Positions 1 through 13,881 of a stretch of 64,000 nucleotides of DNA are shown piece by piece. The stretch's first letter is position 1. Each line of letters opens with the position of its first letter. Source of the DNA: Octopus vulgaris. Taxonomy: Eukaryota. The notes beneath the pieces were generated by a model. It was not told where the DNA came from and made no database searches. It saw only the letters and a list, made by a program, of their open reading frames with translations. The DNA lies in assembly GCA_951406725.2 (NCBI GenBank), contig OX597838.1, positions 8,184,001-8,248,000 on the forward strand, written 5' to 3'. A program made the translations under genes and the position numbers.

Positions 1-432
1 TGCTAGTTATTGTTGCATTTCTTCTTTAGAGAACAAATTCCCGTTTCAGACAATGTTTATTCATATCACAATCGCTCCATTGAGACAGGGAGACCTCGAA
101 ACACCCGGTGTTTCGATCTGGTTGTGCCGCTTCAGTCAAAGCTATTCCAGTATAAATGATTCCAAACAAGAAACGTAGCTTTTATTTGCAAAAGTTCGGC
201 AAACATCTCGTTCGCTAATGTTTGTTGATGTCTGACAAACTGATGATAAATGATTCTGTATAGGAAGAACAACGAGAATCAAAAGAAATAATGTAAAAAG
301 TCATTCTTAATAAGTTCCGGCAGAATATATACAGTGCTATAATGATGGGACATCTATTATGGTAATGTATTATACACTTTACTTAATAAATGTGCTTCTG
401 CCAGTCCTATTTCCAATCATTATCTGACACTC

Positions 433-444
433 TATGTATGTATG

Positions 445-478
<34 letters not shown>

Positions 479-665
479 TGTATGTATGTATGTATGTACG
501 TATGTATGTATGTATGTACGTATGTATGTATGTATGCATGTACGTATGTATGTATTATGTATGTATGTATCCAACTATCTATCTATCTATTTATCTATCT
601 ATCTGTCTGTCTGTCTATCTGTCAGTCTGTCTCTCTGTATGTCTGTCTGCCCGACCGCCTGTCCG

Positions 666-720
<55 letters not shown>
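433..720. repeat. Compound microsatellite (TATG)n then (TCTG/TCTA)n
   Basis: Directly visible; accounts for the MYVC/IYLS ORFs. Confidence 0.95.
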
Positions 721-942
721 GCTGCACTCTTTCGCCCCAACTTTCTCTCACTCTTTCTTCCTGTTTCTTGTCCCCCGACTTCCTACGCAACCGCTGAGCC
801 TTGATGCGCATTCATCCATCCGTCGATGCTCTCGGTGTCGGGGGTTGACCTGCTTTCTCTTCTGCGTGTCTTACGAATAGCAAAGGACTAACGTTTCGGA
901 CTTCTCCCATCTTGCGAGCTCTGGGACGAAGACCGTTCGCTC

Positions 943-945
<3 letters not shown>
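721..945 (+). mobile_element. 5'-truncated SINE family A relative with a third type of tail
   Basis: Starts gctgcactctttcgccccaactttctctcactctttcttcc, matching the central segment of the family A copies at 8135-8474 and 12905-13216. It then diverges and ends in (CAA/CAG)n. Confidence 0.55.
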
Positions 946-1183
<238 letters not shown>

Positions 1184-1556
1184 CGGGTGGGAAGTGGGGA
1201 CATGTGTTGTAACAGTGCACCGCTGCATCGTCCATTTGTTGATAATTCCTTACTACGCCCGGCCGATTACCACTCAGGCGACAACCCTACAACCTTTTGG
1301 TCTGTTTGGGGGCAATCGCTGCTGGTGAGAGTTTTTACACGGTGAAAGTTCAAATCCTACCTCAACCTCTTTTAATCGCTTTTTATGACGCTCAGAGGAA
1401 ATGTTGGGTCCATTCTCTGACCTTCCACAGCCCTAGAGCAACGTAAAATGAAGTGTCTTGCTCAAGAATACGACACACCGCCATGTCCAGGAATCGAACC
1501 TAAACACTTGCGCACGGTCCTTCCTTACTATGGTTATTATAGAACTGTATCTAATA

Positions 1557-1718
1557 GGTGCAGGAATGGCTGTGTGGTAAATAGTTTGCTTACCAACCAC
1601 ATGGTCCCGGGTTCAGTCCCACTGCGTGGCACCTTGGGCAAGTGTCTTCTACTATAGCCTCAAGCCAACCAAAGCTTGCTGAGTGGATTTGGTAAATGGA
1701 AACTGAAAGAAGCCCGTC

Positions 1719-1762
<44 letters not shown>

Positions 1763-2311
1763 ATGTAGGCGCAAGAGTGACTGTGTGGTAAGTAGCTTGT
1801 TTACCAACCACATGGTTTCGGGTTCAGTCCCAATGCGTGGTAACTTGGGCAAGTGTCTTCTACTATAGCCTCAAGCCTACCAAAGCTTGGTGAGTGGATT
1901 TGGTAAATGGAAACTGAAAGAAGCCCGTCGTATGTATGTGTGTGTGTGTGTGTGTAGGCGTAGGAGTAGCTGTTTTGTAAGTAGCTTGCTTACCAACTAC
2001 ATGGTTTCGGGTTCAGTCCCACTGCGTGACACCTTGGGCAGGTGCTTTCTACTATAGCCTCGGGTCGACTAACGCCTTGAGAGTGGATTTGGCAAACGGA
2101 AACTGACATATGTATGTGAGTGTGTTTGTGTGTCTGTGCTTGATCCCGCAACATTGCTTGGTGTGCTTACATCCCCGTTACTTAGCGGTTCAGCCAACAA
2201 AACCGATACAGTAAAAAATACAAAGAATATGTTCTGGGATCGATTTGCTCGATGGAAGGCGGTGCTCCTGCATGGCCGCAGTCAAATGACTGAAGCAAAA
2301 ATAAAAATAAT
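1557..2311 (+). mobile_element. tRNA-derived SINE family C: three tandem heads plus one tail
   Basis: Head tggctgtgtggtaa...gggttcagtcccactgcgtggcaccttgggcaagtgtcttc recurs at ~1557, ~1765 and ~1955, each followed by (TA)/(TG)n. A single tail follows (cttagcggttcagc...ggcggtgctcc...catggccgcagtcaaatgactga). Confidence 0.85.
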
Positions 2312-2632
2312 AAAAACACTACACCAAAGTCTATTCTTCTGCCGATGTTTGCGCATTTGCTGACCAATATGTTTGTCGGACCTCAATGCATAAGATCTTC
2401 AAAACGAACTTAAATAAACACGAAGATGGAGCAGTAGTCTACCCTCGAGTCTCTGTGAAATGATTGCGGAAGATTTACTTTCAGCAATTGATCTTCTGCA
2501 AACAACGAAAAAATATAGCATTGTTTCGCGGGAAAACAAAAAAAAAAAAATACAGAATTAAAGAGAAAAAACAAAAAGAACGAAACAGGTAAACGTTGCG
2601 AACGAATACATGTGCGCGCGCATATGCCTCAG

Positions 2633-2690
<58 letters not shown>

Positions 2691-2986
2691 TGTGCGTGCG
2701 CGTGTGTGTGTGTGTTCTCAATTTTGTTCTTTAAAAACACAATGCTAGTTATATTTGTGTGTGTGTGCAAGTTTGCATATGAACGTGTATATGTGTGTAT
2801 ATGTGTATGTGTGCAATTTTCTATATATGGATGTGTATGTGTGTAAACGTACGTACATACCTGCATAGATGCATAGATTATGTACACATCACACAATACA
2901 AACGTATATACATGCACAGGCTATATACACATATAGATATATATATATAATTTATATATATATATAAAAATATATATATATATATG

Positions 2987-3078
<92 letters not shown>

Positions 3079-3080
3079 GA

Positions 3081-3145
<65 letters not shown>

Positions 3146-3265
3146 ATATAACATATATATATATATACATATATACATAATCAGTTGGTTTGGCACCATT
3201 AATCCTCAATACTCTACCGATGATTCCATCTCATTTTCTTATCTCTTATTTTCAAATCAAACTCC

Positions 3266-3334
3266 CTCCTCTCCCCGCTCCTCCTTCCTCTCCCCGCTCC
3301 TCCTTCCTCTCCCCGCTCCTCCTTCCTCTCCCTC
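3266..3334. repeat. 19-bp minisatellite (cctctccccgctcctcctt), about 3.5 copies
   Basis: Directly visible tandem copies. Confidence 0.85.
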
Positions 3335-3501
3335 CTTTCAATGCTAACGCAGCACTGTTTCGGCAGAAACGCTGTGTCATTATTAAGTTTTACAATCCTT
3401 CTATCTATTAATATAACACCTGCTATGACTGGTATGTGCTTCAGCTATGTTCACTGGAGACGTTCCTGCTCGTTCTGCTTGTTTGTTGTTATAATTAATA
3501 G

Positions 3502-3584
<83 letters not shown>

Positions 3585-3759
3585 GGCTTTTCAAGCAGGT
3601 ATAGTCGTGAAGCTGTGGATAAGATGATCGCTTCAAAATTACTTCTTTCCGAGTTCGATCCCAATGCGCAGCACCTTCGTCAACTTCCTTCTGCTATCCC
3701 CCCCCCCCCCCACAGTTGGACTGGACTGATATCATTTTGGTTGGCATAATTGTAAGCAT

Positions 3760-4172
3760 GGCGAGCTGGCAGAAACGTTAGCGCGCCGGGCGAAATGTTT
3801 AGCGGTATTTCCTCTGCCGTTACATTCTGAGTTCAAATTCCGCCGGGGTCGACTTTGCCTTTCATCCTTTCGGGGTCGATTAAATAAGTACCATTTACGC
3901 ACTGGGGTCGATATAATCGGCTTAATCCGTTTGTCAGTTCTTGTTTGTCCCCACTGTGTTTAGCCCCTTGTGGGTAGTAAAGAAATAGAAATAGGTATTT
4001 CGTCTGCCGTTATATTCTGAGTTCAAATTCCGCCGAGGTCGACTTTGCCTTTCATCCTTTCGGGGTCGATTAAATACCAGTTACGCACTGGGGTCGATAT
4101 AATCGGCTTAATCCGTTTGTCTGTTCTTGTTTGTCCCCTCTATGTTTAGCCCCTTGTGGGCAGTAAAGAAAT
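3760..4172 (+). mobile_element. SINE family B (tRNA-like head, Meta/MESC-like central domain): full copy plus 5'-truncated tandem copy, bounded by a 16-bp TSD
   Basis: gagctggcagaa...gagttcaaattcc (A/B-box-like) and core gtcgactttgcctttcatcctttcggggtcgattaaataagtacca. TSD ataattgtaagcatgg at 3746-3761 and 4173-4188. The domain name is from recalled similarity, not a search. Confidence 0.88.
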
Positions 4173-5030
4173 ATAATTGTAAGCATGGATTTTTGAAGTT
4201 ACAAGGCCTGAACGTGTATATCAGCAAATACATTCATTGCTGGATTGTTCCCGTCTAGATGCAGAGTTCCGGGAGATGTTTGTCTACTGAAGGGGCAATA
4301 AAATGCCGGTAACTGGTATCTGATAGACCGCTGAGGTTACTGGAACCGATGTGCTGTTTACACATTTCATCTTTAAGAAGTCGTTCTCCGATGATGAAAA
4401 CCAACAAAAAAAATCCATGTTTCACATTCAAGTCTACTGAAACTCATTAAAATGGAAGTGCATGTATATATATATACACGCACGCACACAAATACATACA
4501 CACACTGAGAGATAGAAAAGATATGTAAATAGAAGCTGGAGCTTTTTGCCACGTAAGCGTCATTGTACAAAACTATGATTGTTAAGACAATTGAAATAAC
4601 GAGGTAGCCTCCCAATATATAAGTAGAAATATTCACAAACATATCGCAATATTAAAGGCCAGCATTACTTCGAGATTTAATGGGTTACGTAAAACTGTTA
4701 CAAAAGTTCGTCCCTCGTTCATCTATAAATGCGGCACAAAATATGTTCATGTGTGAAAATACGTAAACTTACATATGAATATGCAGATGGAACATCTATT
4801 TTATTATATCATATTTGATATTTTGTTATTTAATTTTGTAATATCTGGCAAATCCGAGACGAAAGAAGTTAAAACAATGTTAGCTAGTTGGTAAATGAAG
4901 AATCCTCCATCTTTAAGAATGTTTCATCTTACCTCGATAGATGAGCGAAAGTTTTTGAATATGTAGAGTGGCGTTGCAACTCTGAAACTCAAACTTCCAG
5001 TCATAGAGCTCTTCCCTAAACCACGTAATA

Positions 5031-5062
<32 letters not shown>

Positions 5063-5215
5063 GATATAGATATATATGGTAGGCAGAAACTGAAGGAAGC
5101 CCGTATATGTGTGCGTGTGTGTGTGTGTGTAAATATATGTATATAGAAAGACAGGAAACAGAAAAATATATGGAGAGATATACAAACGATGAGTGAAACC
5201 AGCAGTTCTATAGAT

Positions 5216-5278
<63 letters not shown>

Positions 5279-6036
5279 AACAGACAGATATATATATATA
5301 GGGAGAGAGAGAGAGAGACAAACAGACAGACAGACAGACAGATAGATAGATATATATAGAGAGAGAGAAAGTGAGAGAGAGATACATAGATAGATAGATA
5401 CAGACATTTACATACACACATACACACATATATACATACATACACACATACATACACACACAAACATACATACATACATGCATACATACATACATACATA
5501 CATACATACATACATACATACATACATACATACATACATACATACATACATACATACATACATACATACATACATACAAGGCCACCCGTACATACCACGA
5601 AAGCGGGTATGGTTGGCATTGTATATATATATCTGTTGGTGTAAGTTCTATCAAATAAAGTTATACAAGTATAAAAATTATAATTTTTCCATCTTTTGTT
5701 TCCTATTCCAAATAAGTTGGTGTTTAGACACAAAATAATGAAATGAACGCTAATTTTCAAAATAAAATATATTTACCGAGTTAAAATGCAATTAAATAAA
5801 ACAAGTTTCTCATTTTGTTATATATTGCCATAAAAATATAATATCAATAACAATAACACTGTTTAAGTATCAATTAATTAACTATCAGTTAATTACAGGT
5901 GTAACATATCGATTAATTGCGCATGAGATAGCGTGATATTTTTAGCGTGACCAAGCAACCAGCATTCAATATTAATGATCAGTGGTATTCATTAATAAAC
6001 CCTTTTCTCTCTTTCCTTCTTCACACACACATTGAC

Positions 6037-6087
<51 letters not shown>

Positions 6088-6217
6088 ATGTATATATGTA
6101 TATATTTATATGACATCCTGTGCCCACATATGCGTATATATATATACGTATAGATGTAAGTATGTATATATAGGTATATATATATATATGCATATATATA
6201 TATATTATTTATATTAT

Positions 6218-6251
<34 letters not shown>

Positions 6252-6309
6252 AATATATAATATATATATATGCATATATATATATTATTTATATTATATA
6301 TATACATAT

Positions 6310-6358
<49 letters not shown>

Positions 6359-6699
6359 TACATATACGCACACACACACAGCTTAATTCCTTCAAACATA
6401 TCGAAAGATGTTTTTTGTTCCTCCCTCTCTCTACATCTCTCTTTCACTTTTTCTTTCTCTCTCTCTCTTTCTCTCTCTCTCTCTTTCTTTCTCTCTCTCT
6501 CTCTCTCTCTCTCTTATCGGATATATATGCTGTCACTACCAGAGATACACGTTTTTAAAGCTCATAATAATGATGAGAAAACACGTGAGGTTCAGACATA
6601 TAGTGTGTGTGTATTTGTGTGTGTGTGAGTATGCGCGCGTGTGTGTGTGTTTGGCAGTACAGACACGACAGATACTCAAAGCATGAGAGCATGCATTTA

Positions 6700-6744
<45 letters not shown>

Positions 6745-6746
6745 GA

Positions 6747-6796
<50 letters not shown>

Positions 6797-6835
6797 ATTA
6801 TTAGTATTATTATTATTATTATTATTATTGTTACT

Positions 6836-7345
6836 ATTGAGTGATAGAGTAGTGCATGCCATCAAATTGACACTGGGGTTAAAATATTCGAAGCCCAGTA
6901 TACCCTCATGAGTAGCCGTCTGATAAGGGTACACCACGCACATCCATCACAACCATATGTGCACAACATTGCGATCTCATATCAATATGAAAAGCGCCTG
7001 GCCTTGCAGGTGTGGCCCAGTTAGGATTTTCTTCAAATCGAGTAGGCCATCCCGCTCAAGAGGTCCCTGAATAAGGATGTTGAACGAAACACCCATGTTT
7101 CCAAAGGTGAATTATTCAAATCCCAACTACTTCTGCTCGTGATCAGAGATGCGCATATCGTCAGCCGCTAAGAGACATGCTCAACTGGTTAAGTTCAAAC
7201 AACTGACAAGCAAATCTGTGGTATTGGGCAAAATATTTGCTGTAGCCCATCTTTTATACCAAGACAAAACAATGTACATAATAACACTTCCAATCAGTTA
7301 AGATCAGAAGCCATGAGAGCCACTGCCTGGTACTTCATCAGGGCA
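6836..7345. mobile_element. Unclassified ~500-bp interspersed repeat (family D) embedded in (TTA)n
   Basis: Colinear homolog at 18956-19443; (TTA)n on both sides. Confidence 0.8.
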
Positions 7346-7370
7346 TTATTATTATTATTATTATTATTAT

Positions 7371-7433
<63 letters not shown>

Positions 7434-7590
7434 GGGAGGTGAGCAGGCAGAATTATTAGCACGCCGGGCGAAATGCTTAGCGGCATTTCGTCCGTCTTCA
7501 CGTTCTGAGTACAAATTCTACCGAGGTCGACTTTGCCTTTCATCCTTTCGGAGTCGATAAATTAAGTACTAGTGATACACTGTGGTCGAA
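7434..7590 (+). mobile_element. SINE family B, partial
   Basis: gagcaggcagaattattagcacgccgggcg...gtcgactttgcctttcatcctttcgg. Confidence 0.85.
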
Positions 7591-7623
7591 ACTAAACAGA
7601 ATGAGAGCAACGATGGAGAATGG

Positions 7624-7671
<48 letters not shown>

Positions 7672-8134
7672 CAGCACAAGATACAAAGTGAATCAAGTTG
7701 GCAACCCAGCATGGTCGCAATCCAATGACTGAAAAAAGCGAAAGAGAAGAATATAGAAGATATATTTGAGAAGACGGTTGACCGAAATACTGAAATCGTT
7801 ACGCCTATGGAGTTGAAGTTGTCGGTAGCATCTTGGAAAATTAGCTTGCATCCCAGATCACTTCCAGCTGGATGAGTGCCAGCAAGTATGAATGGTAGTG
7901 GAAGAGAAACACTGAAAATGCTACACAGGCGGCAAAATGGACAACGTCAAGACTTTCTGCCCTGTGAGAGAGAGAGAGAGAGAGAGTAAAGAGCACAGTA
8001 CCTCTGTCCATCACTGCTACTAGCACCCAAACCACTACAATCAAGACAACATAAGCTGTAACAGTAACGGAGAAAGCAACAAGGCATCCTCGTTACAAAT
8101 TCACACAGAGGTTCGGAAATAAACAACTCGCTTC

Positions 8135-8474
8135 CATCAACGGAACAGCCTGCTCGTGAAATTAACGTGTAAGTGGCTGAGCACTCCACAGACACGTGTA
8201 CCCTTAACGTAGTTCTCGGGGATATTCAGCGTGACACAGAGAGTGACAAGGCTGGCCCTTTGAAGTACAGGTACAACAGAAACAGGAAGTAAGAGTGAGA
8301 GAAAGTTGTGATGAAAGAGTACAGCAGGGATCACCACCATCCCCTGCCGGAGCCTCGTGGAGCTTCTAGGTGTTTTGGCTCAATAAACACTCACAACGCC
8401 CGGTCTGGGAATCGAAGCCGTGATCCTATGACCGCGAGTCCGCTGCCCTAACCACTGGGCCATTGCGCCTCCAC
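8135..8474 (-). mobile_element. tRNA-derived SINE family A (resembles octopus OR-type SINEs)
   Basis: Minus strand starts ggaggcgcaatggcccagtggttagggcagcggactcgcggtc...ggcttcgattcc (A and B boxes). Homologs at 12905-13216 and 36215-36601. Confidence 0.85.
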
Positions 8475-9129
8475 TTCCATTATTAATAACGCTAGGATCA
8501 TAAACAAAGTACGGATATGGTAACCATTTGCTGGATCAAGATTTTCGAGACGAAATCCATGTCTTTCTACTAGAAGATATTGAATCCTACGTTCTTCCAG
8601 TCAATCTGGTTCGTGATGCTGTTTCGCAAAGACCTGGAACTTAGAGGTAATTACGCTTTCTCCAGACACGAATGTTAAATCGGTCCTCCTGGGGCATCTC
8701 TAGCATTAAGGACCATGTTGGGGGCAGAGGTCCAGAATGCTATATACACACACATATATGTGTGTGCACCTGTGTGTGAATGAGTGTTTGCTCGTTCGAG
8801 TGGCAAGTGTTATTAGCAAGAAGATTACTTAAATATTACGCGTTTAGGTGTCTAATTTTGGCATTACTTTAAATACAACTTTCTGCGAAAAATTTTTCTA
8901 GTTAGATAAGTGAATCTCAGCATAAAGTATTTAGGAAAATATTTTTTTCTATTCGTCTGTTGTGTAATAAATTGCTATGATTCCATTATAATTTCCAGTG
9001 AAGAATAACGGAATCGGCAAAAAACCTTTAATCTAGAAACATAATAGAGGTACACCATCACATTTTGATATTATATATATTCAGAAGAAAAATGGATCCA
9101 CAAATATAGGAATATAATGCCAGCATGCA

Positions 9130-9227
<98 letters not shown>

Positions 9228-9231
9228 TATA

Positions 9232-9420
9232 TATAGTTCAGCAAAAATTTAGATTCAAATGAATATGGTACTTAGGTTAAAGGCACCAGAATTTGATATG
9301 GTATTATCCATATCAATCGAAAGGGGTGATTATAATCAAAATAAGCAACAAGGATATCCAAGGTAGTGTAGTACAATCGTTTCATGCTACTTCATTTAAA
9401 TGAAGTAGCATGAAACATTG

Positions 9421-9426
<6 letters not shown>
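9232..9426. mobile_element. Short element inside (TA)n ending in a perfect 38-bp palindrome
   Basis: Unique ~190-bp island between (TA)n tracts; gtttcatgctacttcattt|aaatgaagtagcatgaaac at 9379-9416. Confidence 0.55.
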
Positions 9427-9460
<34 letters not shown>

Positions 9461-9473
9461 TATATATAATATA

Positions 9474-9543
<70 letters not shown>

Positions 9544-9734
9544 TAATATATATATATATATATTAAATATATTTTTTTATATATATATAATATATATATA
9601 TATATGGGAGTGGAGGTGCGTGTAAGTGTGTATGTATGTATATTAGCAATCCTGTGTCGTCAAAATATAAGATTTTATTAACGTTGGAAAACTGCAAATC
9701 CTTTCAAGACAATAGAATAGGCCATTTCCTCTTT

Positions 9735-10118
9735 AACTTCATTCAGTCATTGGACTGCGGCCATGCTGCAGCACCGCCTTGTAAGATTATTCGAAGAAAA
9801 CAACAGTAACTATTTTAAAGTTTGGCATTGGTACTTTCTTTTAAATTTTTTTTTTGAAAACCGCAAAGCTTCGAGGGACGTAAGCATACTAACACCAGAG
9901 CCAAATAGTAAGGGACAAACACCCCCACATACACGCACACAGGCACACTGGGGAAAGGTTCCCATGTTGTTTCTGTCTACTACATTTATTCAGAAGGCAT
10001 CAATCGATACTCAGTTATAAGTAGGAGATAACTGTCCCCCGGTGCCTCGCAATGGGACTGAACACGAGATCAAGTAGTCGCAAAGCAAGCAAGCTTCTTA
10101 ACCACACAGCCATGCCAG
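9735..10118 (-). mobile_element. Degenerate SINE family C
   Basis: cagtcattggactgcggccatgctgcagcaccgcc ... gggactgaac ... cttaaccacacagccatgcc. Confidence 0.7.
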
Positions 10119-10189
10119 CACTTCTCTTTCTCTCTCTCTCCCTCTCTCCCCTTCTCTCCTTCCCTCTCCCCCTTCTCCCCCTCTCCCTC

Positions 10190-10273
<84 letters not shown>

Positions 10274-10276
10274 TTT

Positions 10277-10315
<39 letters not shown>

Positions 10316-10397
10316 CACACATACATATATACATATATACATATATACATACAAATATATACACATATAGATATATATACACACACACATATATATA

Positions 10398-10452
<55 letters not shown>

Positions 10453-11191
10453 TATACATATATTATATATTATATAGTATATTACGTTATATCACTCGCC
10501 ACGCGCTTTATATGTGCCTGTGTATTATATTGTGTTTATGGAGAGCAAGAAGGAGGAGGACGTTGCAATACAAAGGAGGAGCAGAATAGAGGCCGGGGTG
10601 ATGGGGTGAGGAGTTAATAAATATAAAAATTGAAGAGTAATTTTTAGAAAAACCAATTTGAAAATTGAAATGAGATTTTAAATTAGTTACAATTGAAAGA
10701 GACGGCGTCAACAACAACAACTGCTGCCGCTGCTGCTGATGATGCCCCTATTGCTGCTGCTGCTACTACTACTACTACTACTACTACCGGAGCAAACAAC
10801 GAAAGTGCAGAGGTAAATCAACACACACACGTGTATGTATAGTATAGTAGTATATAAGCGATACGAGAGCGTATGTGTGTGTGTATATATATATATATAT
10901 ACATACACACACATGGGTATAACTGCATATATATATACATATATATATACATAAATATAAGCATTATATATATACATATATACATTTATGTATATATCTA
11001 TCAATATATATATATATACATACATATATATGTGTGTATATATATGCATACATATATGCATGTTTATATATATATAAATATATATACATACATGTATATA
11101 TATATAGAAAGATATATAGAGATTTACATCTATGTATGTATATACATATATGTATGTACAAACATATGTACAGATACATATATTTATGTAA

Positions 11192-11224
<33 letters not shown>

Positions 11225-11226
<2 letters not shown>

Positions 11227-11640
11227 AAATGGGACAAGAACGCAAAAGATCCAGAGATTTAGGTGATACAAGAAAGGGACAACAAAACATCCAGATAGAC
11301 GATAAAAACAAAACAAGGACGGGTCATTCGGAGTTTCCTTTCCTCAGACGAGTTCCAGATTATCTCTGCAATTTCGGCTGGTATATACTCGAGATTGCTA
11401 TTATCTGGCCAGCCCCAAGGAATAACTAAACTAAGAGCATTAGATTCCTTGGAAGAAAGCAGTGAATGTATATGAAAACAAAGACGGGAAAAAGAAGGGG
11501 AAAAGTTACACAAATACAAATGCAAATAACAGGTCAAAACAACAGGTGTCTTTCGACTAAGGACGAATTAAATTAAGCTGGCGTGTGTGGAAGTAGAACT
11601 TTACGGCAGGGATACAAGAGATTACAGGCACAGGGAATAC
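11225..11640. mobile_element. Repeat next to (TA)n, related to the inverted partial copy at 25458-25580; possibly a Penelope pLTR-type sequence
   Basis: Shared segments cagccgaaattgc and ttttgcgttcttgtccca occur in opposite orientation in the two copies; both abut TA-rich microsatellite. Confidence 0.5.
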
Positions 11641-11667
11641 AGAGAGAGAGGGGGGAGGGAAAGGGTG

Positions 11668-11669
<2 letters not shown>

Positions 11670-11726
<57 letters not shown>

Positions 11727-11745
11727 AAAAACGGAAGGAAGGAAA

Positions 11746-11822
<77 letters not shown>

Positions 11823-11864
11823 GAGGGAAGGATGGAAGGAAGGAAGGAAGAAAGAAAGAAAGAG

Positions 11865-11898
<34 letters not shown>

Positions 11899-11909
11899 GT
11901 AGGAAGGAA

Positions 11910-11946
<37 letters not shown>

Positions 11947-11977
11947 GTAGGAAGGAAGGAAGAAGGGAAGAAAGAAA
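11670..11977. repeat. (GAAA)n/(GGAA)n polypurine tract
   Basis: Directly visible. Confidence 0.95.
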
Positions 11978-12904
11978 CAGCCGGACAAAGGCGTGGAAAC
12001 CGAAATTTCGAAGTCACTATTTAACTCCTTTCTGCTAAATGTTGAATGTATTTGTGTCTGTGTGTCTGTGTGTGTGCGTGCGTGTGTGTGGTTGTGTGTT
12101 TGTGTGTGTGTTGGGCAAACCCAGCCTTAAAATAAACAATGGTGCTTGAGGAGGCGGGGGAGGAGGAGAGGACAAATGGAAGTGGGAGGAGACAAGAGCG
12201 TTATCGAAACTTCCGGTGTCAGTGTGTTTGTGTATGCGTTGGTCAATGTTTCCCTCTTTGTGTGTGTGTGTGTTTGTGTGTGTGTGTATGCGTGTATGTG
12301 TGTATGTGAGTGTGTGTATGTGTGTATGTGTGTGTGTATGTGTGTGTATATGTGTGTGTGTATGTGTGTGTGTATGTGTGTGTGTTTGTGTGTGTATATG
12401 TGTATATATGTGTGTATGCGTGTGTGTATGTGTGTGTATATGTGTGTGTATGTGTGTGTGTTTGTGTGTGTGTGTATATATGTGTGTGTATGTGTGTGTG
12501 TGTTTGTGTGTGTATGTGTGTGTGTGTATGTGTGTGTATGTGTGTATGTGTGTGTGTGTGTACGTGTGTGTGTGTGAGCGTGCATTACCAAACGCACACA
12601 CGCATGTAGTTGTCCCAACACACACACATTTCGTCAGCAAAAAAGCAGGCAATGCAGTCTCTTCCTTCAGCCTTTCTCCCTGCACGTGGGACTGCGTGTA
12701 TGTCATCCATACAAGACAAGGAGGAAATCATTACGTGGTAGAGAAATATGCTAGATATAGCAGCTTCACCTCCTGCATTCCCGCCGCATTGTCTTAAAGA
12801 CTGACGGACACATACATACACGCATACATACATACATTCATACATACATATATACATACATATATACATACATGCATGCATACATACATACATACATACA
12901 TACA

Positions 12905-13216
12905 TCACTGTGATCACCGTGACCGACCAGGCTATCAGATGTTGCTACACATCGCTGGTCACAATGCGCTTCGCATTCTTTTAGCCTTCAAACGACCCCA
13001 CCCCGCTGGCTAGGCGAGCAGGCCATCAGAAGAAAGAGTGAGAGAAAGTTGTGGCGAAAGAGTACAGCAGAGACCGCCACCACCCCCTGCCAGAGCTTCG
13101 TGGAGTTTTTAGATGTTTTCGCTCAATAAACACTCACATCACTCGATCTGGGAAACGAAACCGCGATCCTACGACCGCGAGTCCGGTGCCCTAACCAATG
13201 GGCCATTGCGCCTCCA
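12905..13216 (-). mobile_element. SINE family A with alternative 3' tail
   Basis: Same tRNA-like head and centre as 8135-8474, but the tail reads ...ctagccagcggggtgg...gcgcattgtgaccagcgatgtgtagcaacatctgatagcctggtcggtcacggtg. Confidence 0.85.
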
Positions 13217-13264
13217 CACATACATACATACATACATATATACATATATACATGCATACATACA

Positions 13265-13380
13265 GGCGTATATCCGGGATCAATTCCATTAGGTGGCACC
13301 TTGATCTAGAGTGTTTCGTATAGTATCGAGCCGATTAAAGTGGATTTGGTGGACGGAAACTGAAAGAAGCCCGTCCCGCG

Positions 13381-13428
<48 letters not shown>

Positions 13429-13881
13429 CTTTTACTTGTTTCAGTATACTGCAGCAGTGCTGGAGCATCACCTTAAAAGGTTTTAATCGAAGAAATTGTC
13501 CCCAGGATATATTCTTTCTATCGGTCTTTTTTGCTGTACCGCTAAGTTATGGGGACGTAAACACGCCAACATCGGTCGTCAAACGATGGTGGCGGGGGGG
13601 GGGGGGGAAACACAGACACAAAACCACACATATATATATACACGACGGGTTTCTTTCAGTTTCCGTCGACCAAATCCACTCACTGTGTCTGTGTTTGTCC
13701 CTCTAGCATTGCTTGACAACCGATGCTAGTGTGTTTACGTCCCCGTCACTTAGCAGTTCGACCAAAGAGAGCGATAGAATAAGTACTGGGCTTACAAAAA
13801 ATAAGTCCCGGGGTCGATTTGCTCGACTAAAGGCGGTGCTCCAGCATGGCCGCAGTCAAATGACTAAAACAAGTAAAAAGA
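13265..13881. mobile_element. Cluster of SINE family C pieces in alternating orientation
   Basis: Head (+) ~13265-13378, body/tail (-) ~13425-13682, tail (+) ~13685-13881. Confidence 0.8.

Noticed and set aside
4245-4315. Possible micro-exon (ttcccgtctag ... ccg gtaact); similar acceptor-like sites at ~35210, ~51570, ~60630 and ~61086
   Set aside because: Splice-like signals alone occur by chance and give no recognisable peptide. RNA-seq is needed, and a small host exon cannot be excluded.
5860-5925. Cluster of TAATTA homeodomain-like sites (also 39435-39490)
   Set aside because: Expected in very AT-rich DNA; no conservation data.
8395-8474. tRNA gene (also 13140-13216, 36525-36601, 54535-54612)
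   Set aside because: A/B boxes continue into shared SINE bodies; these are SINE heads.
11320-11385. cagccgaaattgc...ctgagga (minus strand; similar layout at 45515-45558) as a hammerhead
   Set aside because: Core halves are in reversed order without convincing stems; kept only as a possible PLE-type repeat.
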